From Octopus bimaculoides (Eukaryota), in NCBI RefSeq assembly GCF_001194135.2, contig NC_068995.1:13755407-13819406 (forward strand): a stretch of DNA of 64,000 nt, read 5' to 3'. Positions 1 through 11,903 of the stretch are shown here, one piece after another. The position numbers were made by a program, and so were the translations under genes. How positions within the stretch are numbered: position 1 is the first letter of the stretch; every line of letters starts with the position of its first letter. The notes under the pieces are model-generated. The model was not told the DNA's origin, did no database searches, and saw only the letters and a list, made by a program, of their open reading frames with translations.

Positions 1-2139
1 TGTGTGTGTGTGTGTTTATATTTATGCACATGTGTATTCATTGAATATTAATGCCATATGCATGCACTTTAAGTCATCATTAAATCATCTTTTAACCCAA
101 CATTATAATTGCCTTTATTCATACTTCTGCCGCATTAAAACGTACATTATACAGAACAAGTATGAGAGGGGAGGGCACAGAAAACAGGTGTGAAGTGTGG
201 AAGTGGGGGGGATGCAGCACAAACTAGGATAACAAAAAATAAATAAAAAAAAGGCAATAAACAAAATGAAAAAATATAATCAAGAATAGTATAGGATTCC
301 AGAAAACGGTTTTGGTGGGGATTTTATTGATTAAGATAGAATATGAAATACTTCAACATATGAGAGGAAAGGTTTGGAGGTGTTAAGGGAATGACGAGGC
401 TATGAGTTTTGAGGAAAGACAATGTTTTAAAATTTAGTTATTCTAATCAATCTATTAACTCTTTTGTTACAGTATTTCTGTAGAAGTACACTGCTTTTGT
501 TTCAGTTAATTTGAAATTAATGAGGAATTAAGTAAAACAATTCTGTCATAATGAAACTGGGTGTTAGAATATAAATCATCGTGGAATTTTGATGGAAGGT
601 TTGTAATTAGATCGCTTATGCAGGCTGGTTGACAAAACGTTGCATTCTTTTATTCTTTTGAGCCATGCGGTTGCAGTCATGCTGGAGCACCACCATGGGC
701 AATATATATAATAAATTTTAGATACTCTCTCTCTTTTACTTGTTTCAGTCATTTGACTGTGGCCATGCTGGAGCACCACCTTTTGTCGAGCAAATCGACC
801 CCAGGACTTATTCTTTGGATGCCTAGTACTTATTCTATCAGTCTCTTTTGCCGAACCGCTAAGTTACGGGGACATAAACACACTAATCTTTTATTTGTTA
901 TAGTAATTAGAATGCAGCCATACTGGAGCACTCTCTTGAAGAATTTTATGTTGAATGAATCAATCCCAGCATTTCTTGGTATCTTTTTGCCAAACTGCTA
1001 TGCTACTGGGACATACATACACCAACACTGGTTGTCAAGCAGTGGTGGGGGACAAACACAAAGACACACACGCACACACATATACTGAGCTTTTTTCAGT
1101 TTATATCTACCAAATTCACTGGTTTTGGTTGGCCTGAGGTTGTAGTCGAAAACACTTGCCCAAGGTGCCACACAGTGGGTCTAAACCCAGAACCATGTGG
1201 TTGGGAAACAAACTTATTATTACAGAGTCATTAATTTTCTTCATCAATGAAAACAAAAATGAAGCTTGTTGTCTTTTAGTCCTGATTAAGATCTGTTCAA
1301 AAGTATTCCAGGCATGACCATCCTGTCTTCTTTTGAGGGTTAGTAAATCAAAAACTACATTATTCAATGTGTCCTTCCTTTTTGTTTTTTTTAAAACTTT
1401 TTCAAGACAGAAGAGTTTAGTAGGGTTTAGCTGCTATTTGTAGGAGGTCAAGCAACTGTATAGAAAAGTAAAAATATGAGCTGAAAAGCTGTTATATAAA
1501 GTCTAATGTGAAATATGTGTACAACAATCTAGTAATTCTTTCTGAAGTGTGTAAGATAGGAAACAACCTAGCTAATTGAAGGTAATAAAAAATGCATTGG
1601 AGGTATGTAATTTATTAATCAAAATTCATTAACAATGTACATACAAATATGCTGACTTACCTACCTACCTACCTACCTACCTACGTATCTCTATTGGGAG
1701 GACAAGGAGCTTAGTTTTTTTTTTTATTTCATTTCTTTTTTCTCATTCCATTTTTTGCATCAACCTTCTTCACTCCCCCCCCCCATATTTTTCCTTATTT
1801 TGTTTACTGTCCAGTATCCTTGTTTTCAAAATCTATATAACGCATAAACAGAGCCTGAAAGATTGCTTTAAGATACAAGGCCTATTTTATAAATATACTT
1901 GTTCAAGTAGCATAAAAGTATGAAACTATTAGTAGCTCATTCGGTTGTGTATTTAAATTTTATATATATATATATATATATATNNNNNNNNNNNNNNNNN
2001 NNNNNNNNNNNNNNNNNNNNNNNNNNNNNNNNNNNNNNNNNNNNNNNNNNNNNNNNNNNNNNNNNNNNNNNNNNNNNNNNNNNNNNNNNNNNNNNNNNNN
2101 NNNNNNNNNNNNNNNNNNNNNNNNNNNNNNNNNNNNNNN

Positions 2140-2493
2140 TGACAGTTACAACATCGAGGGTTCCAGTTGATCCGATCAACGGAACAGCCTGCTCGTGAAA
2201 TTAACGTGCAAGTGGCTGAGCATTCCACAGACACGTGTACCCTTAACGTAGTTCTCGGGGAGATTCAGCATGATACAGTGTGACAAGGCTGACCCTTTGA
2301 ATTACAGGCACAACAGAAACAGGAAGTAAGAGTGAGAGAAAGTTGTGGTGAGAGAGTACAGCAGGGTTCGCCACCATCCCCTGCCGGAGCCTCGTGGCGC
2401 TTTAGGTGTTTTTGCTCAATAAACACTCACAATGCCTGGTCTGGGAATGGAAACCGCGAGTCCGCTGCCCTAACCACTGGGCCATTGCGCCTC
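2140..2493 (-). mobile_element. SINE family B, second copy (tail runs into a gap)
   Basis: Near-identical to 3640-3995. Confidence 0.85.
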
Positions 2494-2569
2494 CACGCTT
2501 TATCTATCATATTGCTCTCAACTAGAACAGCCAATCCCTCAGTTGGATTTACATTAGGTAGACCCTCTC

Positions 2570-2870
2570 CCCCATATATTTTTCACATTTAACAATAGCA
2601 CTTCCATGCCTCTTTCATTTCATAATCATTAAGTGCAAGTGTACTATTATCCATCCACACACACTTCTCTCCGACAGCTTTATCTTCTCTGATTCATTGT
2701 TTTGCAGTTTGGAACACCTCACGCCGTTGATCCTCAAGTTGTAGAAATTCTCTGCTCCCCCAATTTTTCCAACCCTTCCAAGCCTGTTTCTTTCCTTTAA
2801 TGGCTCTGTCTACTTTACTGTTCCACCATCACATCACTCTCGATGTGGTTGGAACTGTGCACCAGCCACA
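2570..2870 (-). mobile_element. Degenerate RTE-clade LINE ORF2 fragment
   Basis: Translates as WWNSKVDRAIKGKKQAWKGWKNWGSRE and later LALNDYEMKEAW, the RTE endonuclease-RT linker pattern. Disrupted. Confidence 0.6.
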
Positions 2871-3490
2871 AATTCGGTGTTGTAGTCCTCAGTAAGTAGC
2901 CAAGAATAAGAAAGAAATAGAAACGTACAACACAGAAGATAAATGGATGATAATTCCTTAAAATGGAAATCTTTTGTCACACATCCTGTGACCTCTTCAG
3001 CAACTCCCCATCCCATGTGTCGGAGAAGACATGCAGGATGGAGAGTTACTGAAGAGGTCATGACACTAAAACAATAATGATAACAAATCTGAAGTGAAAA
3101 CATGATTACAAAAAAAAAAAAAAAAAAAAAAGAGAGAGAGAGAGAGAGAGACTGTTCTCATTTAACTGAAAAGTCAAAACAGTTATTTTTCCTGATGGAA
3201 TAAGAAGACACGGCAAGTGAGAGGTGTCGACTGTCTTGTTATCATTCAGTCTGGAGTCTAAGTTTCCCAAGAGTCAGGTGCAATCATAAAAAGCACCCGT
3301 ATTGATACAATGTAATGACAATATCAAGATATGAACTGCTGACCTCTGGATTTGATATTTCATACACTATTGTCTTGGCATGGCTGTTTATTCCCTCTCT
3401 CTCTCTCTCAAGCCTATCGATATTCTTGACCCTTTTGATACCAACCTGCTTAAAACCGCCCTTGATTCTGATACAAACTTCCCATTTTAA

Positions 3491-4099
3491 CCCTTTTAGC
3501 ATTCAAATTACTCGGTTGAAAGTAATACTCATTTCTTCATATTGCTTTGAATTAATCATGCATTACCTTGTAACTTTGAAATTTCAATGGTATGTTTGTT
3601 TACTTTTAGAATGATATTGTTGTTGTTGTTGGCACTCCGTTGCTTACGACGTCGAGGGTTCCAGTTGATCCGATCAACGGAACAGCCTGCTCGTGAAATT
3701 AACGTGCAAGTGGCTGAGCACTCCACAGACACGTGTACCCTTAACGTAGTTCTCGGGGATATTCAGCGTGACACAGTGTGACAAGGCTGATCCTTTGAAT
3801 TACAGGCACAACGGAAACAGGAAGTAAGAGTGAGAGAAAGTTGTGGTGAAAGAGTACAGCAGGGTTCGCCACCATCCCCTGCCGGAGCCTCGTGGAGCTT
3901 TCGGTGTTTTTGATCAATAAACACTCACAACGCCCGGTCTGGGAATCAAAACCGCGAGTCCACTACCCTAACCACTGGGCCATTGCGCCTCCACTGAATG
4001 ATGTTGTAGAGTAGGTGTAAAGGACTGAATCATGCCAGTTTTTAACATAAACCAGCTGGAATATTTGAGCCAGATATGGCTGGTTTAAACACTAAAGTG
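3491..4099. mobile_element. Inner piggyBac-like MITE (TTAA-flanked), split by a SINE
   Basis: TTAA at 3487-90 and 4100-03; termini cccttttagcatt / ctaaagtg. Same family as 38346-38555, 46326-46544 and about 33275-33479. Confidence 0.7.
3621..3995 (-). mobile_element. tRNA-headed SINE, family B, with 12-bp TSD
   Basis: TSD gaatgatattgt (3609-20)/gaatgatgttgt (3996-4007). Head tggaggcgcaatggcccagtggttaggg. (CAA)n tail. Confidence 0.85.
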
Positions 4100-6149
4100 T
4101 TAAAGTGATCTAAATTAAATTCTTCCATCAAAATTTCATGTTAATCCATGTTCCAAATACCAGCTTAATACTGACAAAGTTATTTTAATAAATTATTTAT
4201 TATTTTCAAAATTAATTGAAACCAAGGCACTGTATTGCAACAGAAATATGGCAATAAAAGGGGTTAATAATTCAATTAACTATAATTCAGTCAGAGATTT
4301 GCTCAAACATAGCAATGACAACAATAACAAAATACTTCAAGTTAATAAAAAGAAATAAATAATTAAAAAAAAAAAAAGGACAAAAGTTTGAAGTGCTTGA
4401 AAATATTGTGGAGAAATAAAAGTAGATTTCAGATTTTGGTGCCCAACAGATGTAATTTAGCAAAGTGTAATAGAACAGGGGCATTTGAAAATAAAATAAC
4501 ATTTACAACAAGAGCGTGATTGTTCAGGTCAACATAGTAATGATGGATGTACAAATAACTGCCTCAACTAGTAACCAAACGAGGTTAATTTAGTCCCAAT
4601 GTAAGAGAATAACAGTAGAGATGTAATAATAGTTTCAAATTGAGAGGAAAGGTCGAAAAGCAAGTTACTGGGCACAGGAAAACAAAAAATAAAAATAGAA
4701 AGAAAGAAAGAAAGAGCAGACAATAGACTGCCTATAATATAAAGTTCAAATTGCTGTAGTTTCTCTTTTAACACCCACTTTACTTCACTTTCCATCCCAT
4801 ATGTGTAAGCATGTACCCACATACAGCACGTATAGAAACAGGAAAACAAAAACAAAACGTAATACAAGCTTTTTTAGGTAGCATTGTTGTGTGGCTAAAT
4901 AGTTTGCTTTGTAACTATTGTGATTTCCAGTTCAATTCCACTGTGCAACACCTTGGTCAAATGTCTTCTATCATAGCCTCAGGGTGACCAAAATTGCATG
5001 AGGGGAATCTGGTAGGTAGGAACTGTGATTTAATCCTTCAGAGGGACTGGTCTCGTTCTTGGATATAAAATGTAACAGATATAATCTATCACTTGATTTA
5101 ACATCATCATCTCATCCTTGGGTGAATCTATGCACATCTACTCTGTTGTAAGCATTTAGATCAGATCTTTGTTGAGAGAAGAACTTCTTTCTTTCCTCTG
5201 CTAGTCTTGAACTAACCCAATAATATATGTTTTATCTTTTACTTGTTTCAGTCATTTGACTGTTGCCATGCTGGGGCACCACCTTGAATTTTTAGTCAAA
5301 TGAATTGACCCCAGTCTTTTTTTTTTTAAGCCTTGTACCTTATTCTACTGGTCTTCTTTGCCAAACCGCTCAGTTACGAGGAGATAAATACACCAACACC
5401 AGTTATCAAGTGGTGGTGGGGAACAAGCACATACACACATATATATATATACAACGGGCTTCTTTCAGTTTCTTCTCACAAGGCTTTGATCAGCCCAAGG
5501 CTATAGTAGAAGACACTTACCCAAAGTGCCACGCTGTGGGATTGAACCAAGAACCATGTGGTTGGGAAGTAAGTTTCTTACTACACAGCCATGCCTATGC
5601 CTTATATAAAACAAAAAATCCGAAAAAACAAAACCAGTCTTCTTTCTTTATAATTTTTTGTAGGAAATTAAATGCTACAGTTAATTAAACTGATACTAAT
5701 ACATGAATGGTAATTTAATTTTCTTTCCTGCAGTAAGGGTAAAGACTCCCTTTGGTCATGAATGACCATGGGGTTGTACCTAGAAAGTTACCTTCTGAGG
5801 CACAAGTCTGAGCAAGGTTGTAAATGGAAGACCAGCGGTTACCCATGCATACCAGTGTCCCCTCACCACACCACTGATTTTATCCAAGGGAAAGGCAAAG
5901 GCCAACACAGCTTGGCACCAGTGATGTCGCAACTCATTTCTACAGCTGAGTGAACTGGAGTAACATGAAATAAAGTATCTTGTTCAAGAATGCAACACAC
6001 AACCTGGTCTGGGAATCAAACTCACTACCTCATGACTGTGAGCGCAATGCTCTAACTACTGAGCCATGTGCTTTCACTTCCTGTGGTAGGATCAGATTGA
6101 CTCTAGCAGGAATTGAGCTTCTGAGTTCATAATGTGGAGGAGTGAAATT

Positions 6150-6413
6150 ACAAACTGTCTAACCTTCTACTGTTTCTGCATGGAATAAACTATTGCACCT
6201 GTAGTTGGCTGTTAGGACATTGCATCCTTTAAAACTTCCATACTTCCTGAAATTCACCAACAGTACACCTGTTGCCTACCCACCTCTTTAGCAACTCTTT
6301 CACTGTTCACTCTCTGTGCATTAATCTATGTGCTGTTCATGCACTTTTGGCTACTTTTTCTGATGAGTTGTAGGGCATCTGAGCACTGTATACAATAATT
6401 TCATTATTATTAT
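6150..6413 (+). mobile_element. CR1/L2-type LINE 3' end
   Basis: VSAWNKL..APVVGC*DIASFKTSILPEIHQQYT resembles a CR1-type ORF2 C-terminus. It is followed by a 3' UTR ending in an (ATT)n tail. Confidence 0.6.
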
Positions 6414-7083
6414 CAATATTAGGGCAACCGTTAAATGATGTGTAGTTTAATGTCCTATTTTCTCCTGCTTTTAATTTAACAGTGTGTGTATGTATCTATG
6501 TATCTACTTTTTTTTTTATCTATATATCTATTTTTCTTTGTATGTATCAAAACATTTTTCCTCTCGTCCTTTCAGTCACCTCTCTCTCTCTCTTTCTTTT
6601 TCTCCCATTTAAATAAAATTATTTAATCTTAGTATATGTGATACAATTCTTTCAAGTTAACTGCTTGAATTTCTTCCTATGTAATTAACTACTTGAATTT
6701 CTTTCTATCTTAATACTGAAGAAAAGTGTGATGGACAGACGACGCAGCTCTCATTATAGTATAGATTACCATTACATAAGGTGATCCTCCATGCAGTCAC
6801 TCAACCTGCTAGAAATAGTAGTCAAATTTCTCTCAAATTATGCCCTATTCTCTTAAAAAAAGAAAGGCACATTGCAAAATATTGTCCACTACCTGGAAAG
6901 ACTCAAAAAGGTAAGATAATCACAATTGGGTTGCTTTGATCATAAATCTATTCAATCAGGGATGTGCTGGAGTGAGACAAAAACAGCAACATGATATGAA
7001 GATAGACAAAATTGCTTGAAGAATATCTCAATTACTTGTTTAATTACTCACTGAAGGAAAATTCTAAAATGTTGGTTAATTAC

Positions 7084-7164
7084 CTTTTGAAAATAGCCAC
7101 GCCGGACTGATTTGTCTTTAGTTTGTCGGAAATATACATAACCATAGTAGTAAGCATTATCACA
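7084..7164 (-). CDS. DENND6A: DENND6 coding exon 5 ([27 protein letters not shown]), 81 nt
   Basis: Acceptor tctggttttag and donor gtaatt. Phase 0-0. Matches the DENN motif recalled as [24 protein letters not shown]. Confidence 0.95.
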
Positions 7165-7205
7165 CTAAAACCAGAAAGATATAAAACAGCATTAGACACT
7201 TACTC

Positions 7206-7238
<33 letters not shown>

Positions 7239-8108
7239 TGTTTTGTCTTGGTATAAAAGATGGGCTACAGAAAATATTCTGCTTAGTACCACAGATTTGC
7301 TTGTCAGTTGTTTGACCTTAACCATTTGAGCATGTCCCTTGTTGGCTGACGATATGTGAATCTCTGATCACGAGCAGAAGTAGTGGGGGAGCATCATAGC
7401 CATGTGTTGAGAGGAATTCTTTGGGGTTTGAATAATTCACTTTTGGAAACATGGGTGTTTTGCTCAACATTCTTAAACAAACCTTATTCAGGGACCTTTT
7501 GAGTGGGATGGGCTACTCGACCTGAAGAAAATTCTAACTGGGCCCCACCTGCGAGGTCATACGCTGTTTATCTTGATATGAGATCACTGGGGTCGATTCA
7601 TTTGACTAAAAAATCTTCACGGCAGTGCTCTAACATGGCCACAGTCTAATGACTGAAAAACAAGTAATATATATATATATATATATCATCATCATCATCA
7701 TCATTTAATATCCATTTTCCATGCTGGCATAGGTTGGATGGTTTGACTGAGGTTGGTAAGGCCAGGAGTCAATCTAAGCTAAACACTTTATGGATATTTT
7801 TCAAGCCATGGATGGAGATTCTATGTGGCTGCTCAAGCTGCTAAAAATAGCAACCATATCTCTAAAAGCACTCATTACTACTGTCTTAATGGATATGTTA
7901 GATAATCTAATGTGGATTACACTATTTATGAGGACAAAAGAAAATAAAGAGGGGAGGTATGGTCATTCTTTTAATGCTGTTGACCACAGGCCTGTTTACT
8001 TGATCAAGATTGACAGGGGGTTTAGTAAATAACAACAGCAGCACTAGATACCTTTTAGATAATCCAATGAAAGGTAACAGGATGTTATACAACAATAAAT
8101 GTACTTAC

Positions 8109-8218
8109 CTGTAATGATATAGGGCAGTCCCTATTGTACTGAGAATGAGCTGGAATGTGTAGTTTGCGGCCAGGACACTGCCGAATGCGGAAGTGAAATT
8201 GTGTATCTCCCATACAAC
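8109..8218 (-). CDS. DENND6A: DENND6 coding exon 4 (GCMGDTQFHFRIRQCPGRKLHIPAHSQYNRDCPISLQ), 110 nt
   Basis: Acceptor ttcttcttttcttcag and donor gtaagt. Phase 1-0, in frame with exon 3. Matches the recalled human GCLGDTQFCFRFRQ... Confidence 0.95.
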
Positions 8219-10204
8219 CTGAAGAAAAGAAGAAAAAGAAAATAGTAACGTGCCAATTGAAATACTTCAAGCATTAAAATAGAAATATATTGTCAAAAAC
8301 AATAAGGATAAGTATCATCATCATCATCATCATCATAATCAATAATAATAATAATAATGATGATAATAATAACAATAACAACAGCAAAGCAGTTGTATTA
8401 TTTATTCAATGGTAAACAGCACTTGTTGGAGACACTGGTGTTAAAAAAATTGATTAATCTATGAGTCACGTTGAAAATGATCAATCTTGCATGTTAATAT
8501 GCAAAGGGAAAACACAACTCGTTGAGCTGTTTAGGTGTCCTATCAACGATGTTAGACAGGGTTCCTGGCAAAGGAAAAGAAAAAAACCCCCCAAAATATT
8601 AAAACAAATACAGTGGCAGCAGTTTGTACTTTAGTCATATAGAAAATATTCCTTTGTGATCCTGTATCCAATTTATAGTGCCATGTTTACATAGTATGCT
8701 TTCATTTTAATCCTGTTCTGTATTAGCACGTAAATGAGATGCATGTTGGTATGCTGCACAGGAAACCCACCCATGGTAAAAAAAGATTAAAAAAAAAAAA
8801 ACCCATGCGAGTTACTATGTGGTTAATTGCTTGCCCAGCTAGAAATAGCAGCTAAATCTTCCCGCCATTCCATATCTACTTACTTAGAATTAGGTATGTC
8901 GTGAATCCTAGGACCCATAAAATTGGAGTTTAACCTGGTTTGCATGTCGTATAAATGACTGAAGATTACAGCATTCCCCTACCTGGCCCTTGGATAGAAT
9001 GCCAGTCTGTCACAAGGTTAACTTCCCAGCTATTGCTGGTACTCATTTACAGCTGAACAGACTGGAGCAACATGAAATTAAGTGTGTTGCTCAAGAACAC
9101 AACACACCACCAAGTCTGGGAATTGAAACCATGATTTTATGATCATTCTACCTATCACAATGGAGCCCAGCAATTTCCTTAAATAGATCAGTTTTTCACT
9201 GCTTAAGAAGTCTAGCTTGCATTTGCCTCCAGGAAGCTATTGCTCACTTTCTCCACGTTAGGACAATGAAATTCATCACCGCCAACCTCGGCGCTACCAG
9301 CTCTTATTACATCTAACGCCAACGACAACATCATAATCCATCCTTGCACATGTAAACTCACGAAGTGAATATGCCTTAGCATTCCTACAGAAACCTTCAT
9401 TTACCTTATATGGTGTTTAATGTCATTTCACATTCATGTTGAATTATGCAGCAATCTTATGTTCTCTTCATAGAACACTTGTAATGTATATATTACCAGT
9501 TCTTTTGGTATAGTAGATTTTCGCTATCCTTGTATATGTCTCCTCACAGACACGTATATTCTAACAAGTCACCTCTTAAATTTCACACCTCTCTTGTTTA
9601 GTAAACACTGAGTTAAACTTGCAAAGCTGTTTATTTTCTCCTTTCGATTTTTAATGTTTATTTTAGCGGGTTACCAAACTATCAGTTTGGTCTCCCGGCT
9701 AAAACGGTAAAGACAAATTTTTAAGTTTGCTTGACATTTTATAAGTGTGAAAGGGATTAAAATTTTGATACTCCATATCAAAGGTTCCGACAATCAGAGC
9801 TTGAGACAAGACACTTTCGACTAATCAGAATTCTGTTTACATAATCAGTTTGATCAGTCACCTTCCTCTGTTAGGAGTAAAGTGTCATCCAAGCTGATGT
9901 TTATTGGTAATTAAACTTACTTTGCAACACTAGCACGTTTTTATCAGCTTTGCTTTTGTTAATAAGAATTATCAACAACTTTTCCTGTGATCTTGGTTTG
10001 AGAAGACATACAGAAGTATGCTAAAGACATAATCTCTTGTGGGCAGGAAATGTAAAATAAAGCTTATTATAAACTTCATAATTTAATAGCTTTCAATGTG
10101 ATACCTATTAAACAGAAATTATTTTTATTTAATGAAAATTTAATAAAATCTAATCATAAGTGAAATTATGCTAAATACAACTAAACTGAAAACCTTTTCC
10201 TCCT

Positions 10205-10647
10205 GACCATATCGGCAATTCTGAAAACTTTGGGGTGCAAATTTTACACGAGTAGAAGCTTTTTCAAAACAATTCTTAGAGCATTCATCTACTCTTTTGT
10301 AGGTACGAATGAGGTTTACTTTAGAAAATATCTTCACACTGTTTAATTTTGCAAAAACATCCTCCAGTGTGGTTAGTGGATAGTGGCACGTTTCAAGACA
10401 TTTATTTAAATCAGTGGAAAAATCAGCACACACACTGATTTTATCAGTCTTTTGCTTAACATACACAGTTGGCTATGCCAATTGACTATATTCCACTTTT
10501 TGGATAACTCTAAATTCTTCTAGTCTCTCCAAGTTTATCTGTTCTAACGCTGTGACTGGTAAAGTTCAGTTTTGTTTAAATGTCGGTATGGCATTTTCTT
10601 TCATTAGAAACTGTGCCTTCATTTTAGTGCACAGACCTAATTTATCC
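10205..10647 (-). mobile_element. Degenerate Gypsy/Ty3 LTR-retrotransposon pol (RT N-terminal) fragment
   Basis: Across stops and frameshifts: DKLGLCTKMKAQFLMKENAIP..., ALEQINLERLEEFRVIQKVEYS..., ISVCADFSTDLNKCLETCHYPLTTLEDVFAKLNSVKIFSKVNL. These are typical Gypsy RT motifs (CADF..LN; YPLP..EDIFAKL.G..FSK.DL). Confidence 0.8.
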
Positions 10648-11860
10648 TACTCACATTTTTACAGAAAAGATTTATGGGGAGGTCTCATAAGTTAAATAAT
10701 TCCATCCAGTCAGTTCCGAATAAGTTTGAGGTATTAATAAACACAAAACCTTTAGCTTTTAGGGTTTTTTTTCATGAAATGTAATGTTATTTATCAATTC
10801 ACCCTTAAAATATAATTTTTTTTCCCTGAAACACCATGGGCAATTTTCGAAGTTTCATTTAATTTAGGTCCCTTCCCTTATTTACTGACGACTCATCTCA
10901 GACGTCTATTTTAAAAGCAGCAGTTGTTTTTAGCTATGTGTCAGCCCTGATCCAACAGAGACTAAAAGCATTCCAACTATGACTATCCCATCTTTACTCA
11001 AAGCATGGTATATCTAGAATTTCCATCTCTAAGCTATCCATTTTCTTTTAAGTTGACAATGTGTAATTTGAGATAGATTTATCTATTATTTCTAGCTGTT
11101 AGAAACCACATAGAGATTCTTTCATTGGTTTGTTTCAGAAACAGTAACAGAGGAATGAGAAACTTGTCTGTCAAAATGCTGATTAGTGTGTGGAGAAGGT
11201 GGTGGTAGATACCTGGATAAGTCAACCTTTAACGAATTGGTACAGGGTTTCAACTGTTAGGATGAACAATATCAAAATTAGATGAGTAAAAATGTAATTA
11301 GCAGATGATGACACTGCTTTCATTAACAAGCATGATAATGAGTAATCATTTCACATCCTTAAAATAGCAGACAATGTAACCATCATCTTTTCATTTCCAT
11401 ATAAAGAGATTAATAAGGAATAGTCAGAAAGGTTAACCTACTTAAATGTTTTTCTTATTTTCTTCTTTGTTTGTTTGTTTTGTTCTGACACTTTTTAAAT
11501 TTATAAAAATCAACATTTTTATGAAAACTTGGAAATCTTCTATTAAAATCTTGTGAAAAAAAAAAAGCAAATAAAAACCCCAAAAAAACAAACCACGCAT
11601 ACACACACACACACACACACAAAAGCAAAAGGCAACAATTTCTCCTCCCAGATAAAAAAAAAAAAAAAACCCAAATAAAAGAAGAATATTTTTAACATGA
11701 AAGTTAAGGAGGGGAGGAAAAAAAATGTGTGAATGATGATGAAGCTTGTGACTCAACAATTGGTTACAGTTATTGAAATAAGGAAATCTTTTGAAATTCC
11801 CCAAATGGAGAACTTACAGAAAAATCAATATGGCTTGGGAAGAAATAAAATAAAGGCAGA

Positions 11861-11903
<43 letters not shown>

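Larger units (their letters stand above)
3430..4263. mobile_element. Outer piggyBac-like MITE carrying nested insertions
   Basis: Begins ttga|ccctttt and ends aaagggg|ttaa. Uninterrupted related sequence (gatacaaact...ttaaagtgat) occurs near 48960-49050. Other fragments lie at about 457-610, 28800-28980, 44790-44937 and 45190-45320. Confidence 0.6.

Noticed and set aside
1652-1685. Consensus minus-strand donor gtaagtcag
   Set aside because: The upstream 'exon' is a (TAGG)n microsatellite with stops.
3920-3995. tRNA-like sequences with A/B-box motifs (also near 2430-2493, 19620-19695, 45316-45390)
   Set aside because: These are SINE heads embedded in repeat bodies with TSDs; no complete cloverleaf.
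1-7083. DENND6 exon 6 (expected SxVLxSKLP...IAPE-like peptide)
   Set aside because: No matching minus-strand segment with splice sites was found by eye. A KLPF near 5715 is followed by a stop. The exon probably lies left of the window, or less likely in the 1984-2139 gap.
9212-9400. CpG-containing 62-aa minus-strand ORF
   Set aside because: No recognisable motif in any frame and no splice context.
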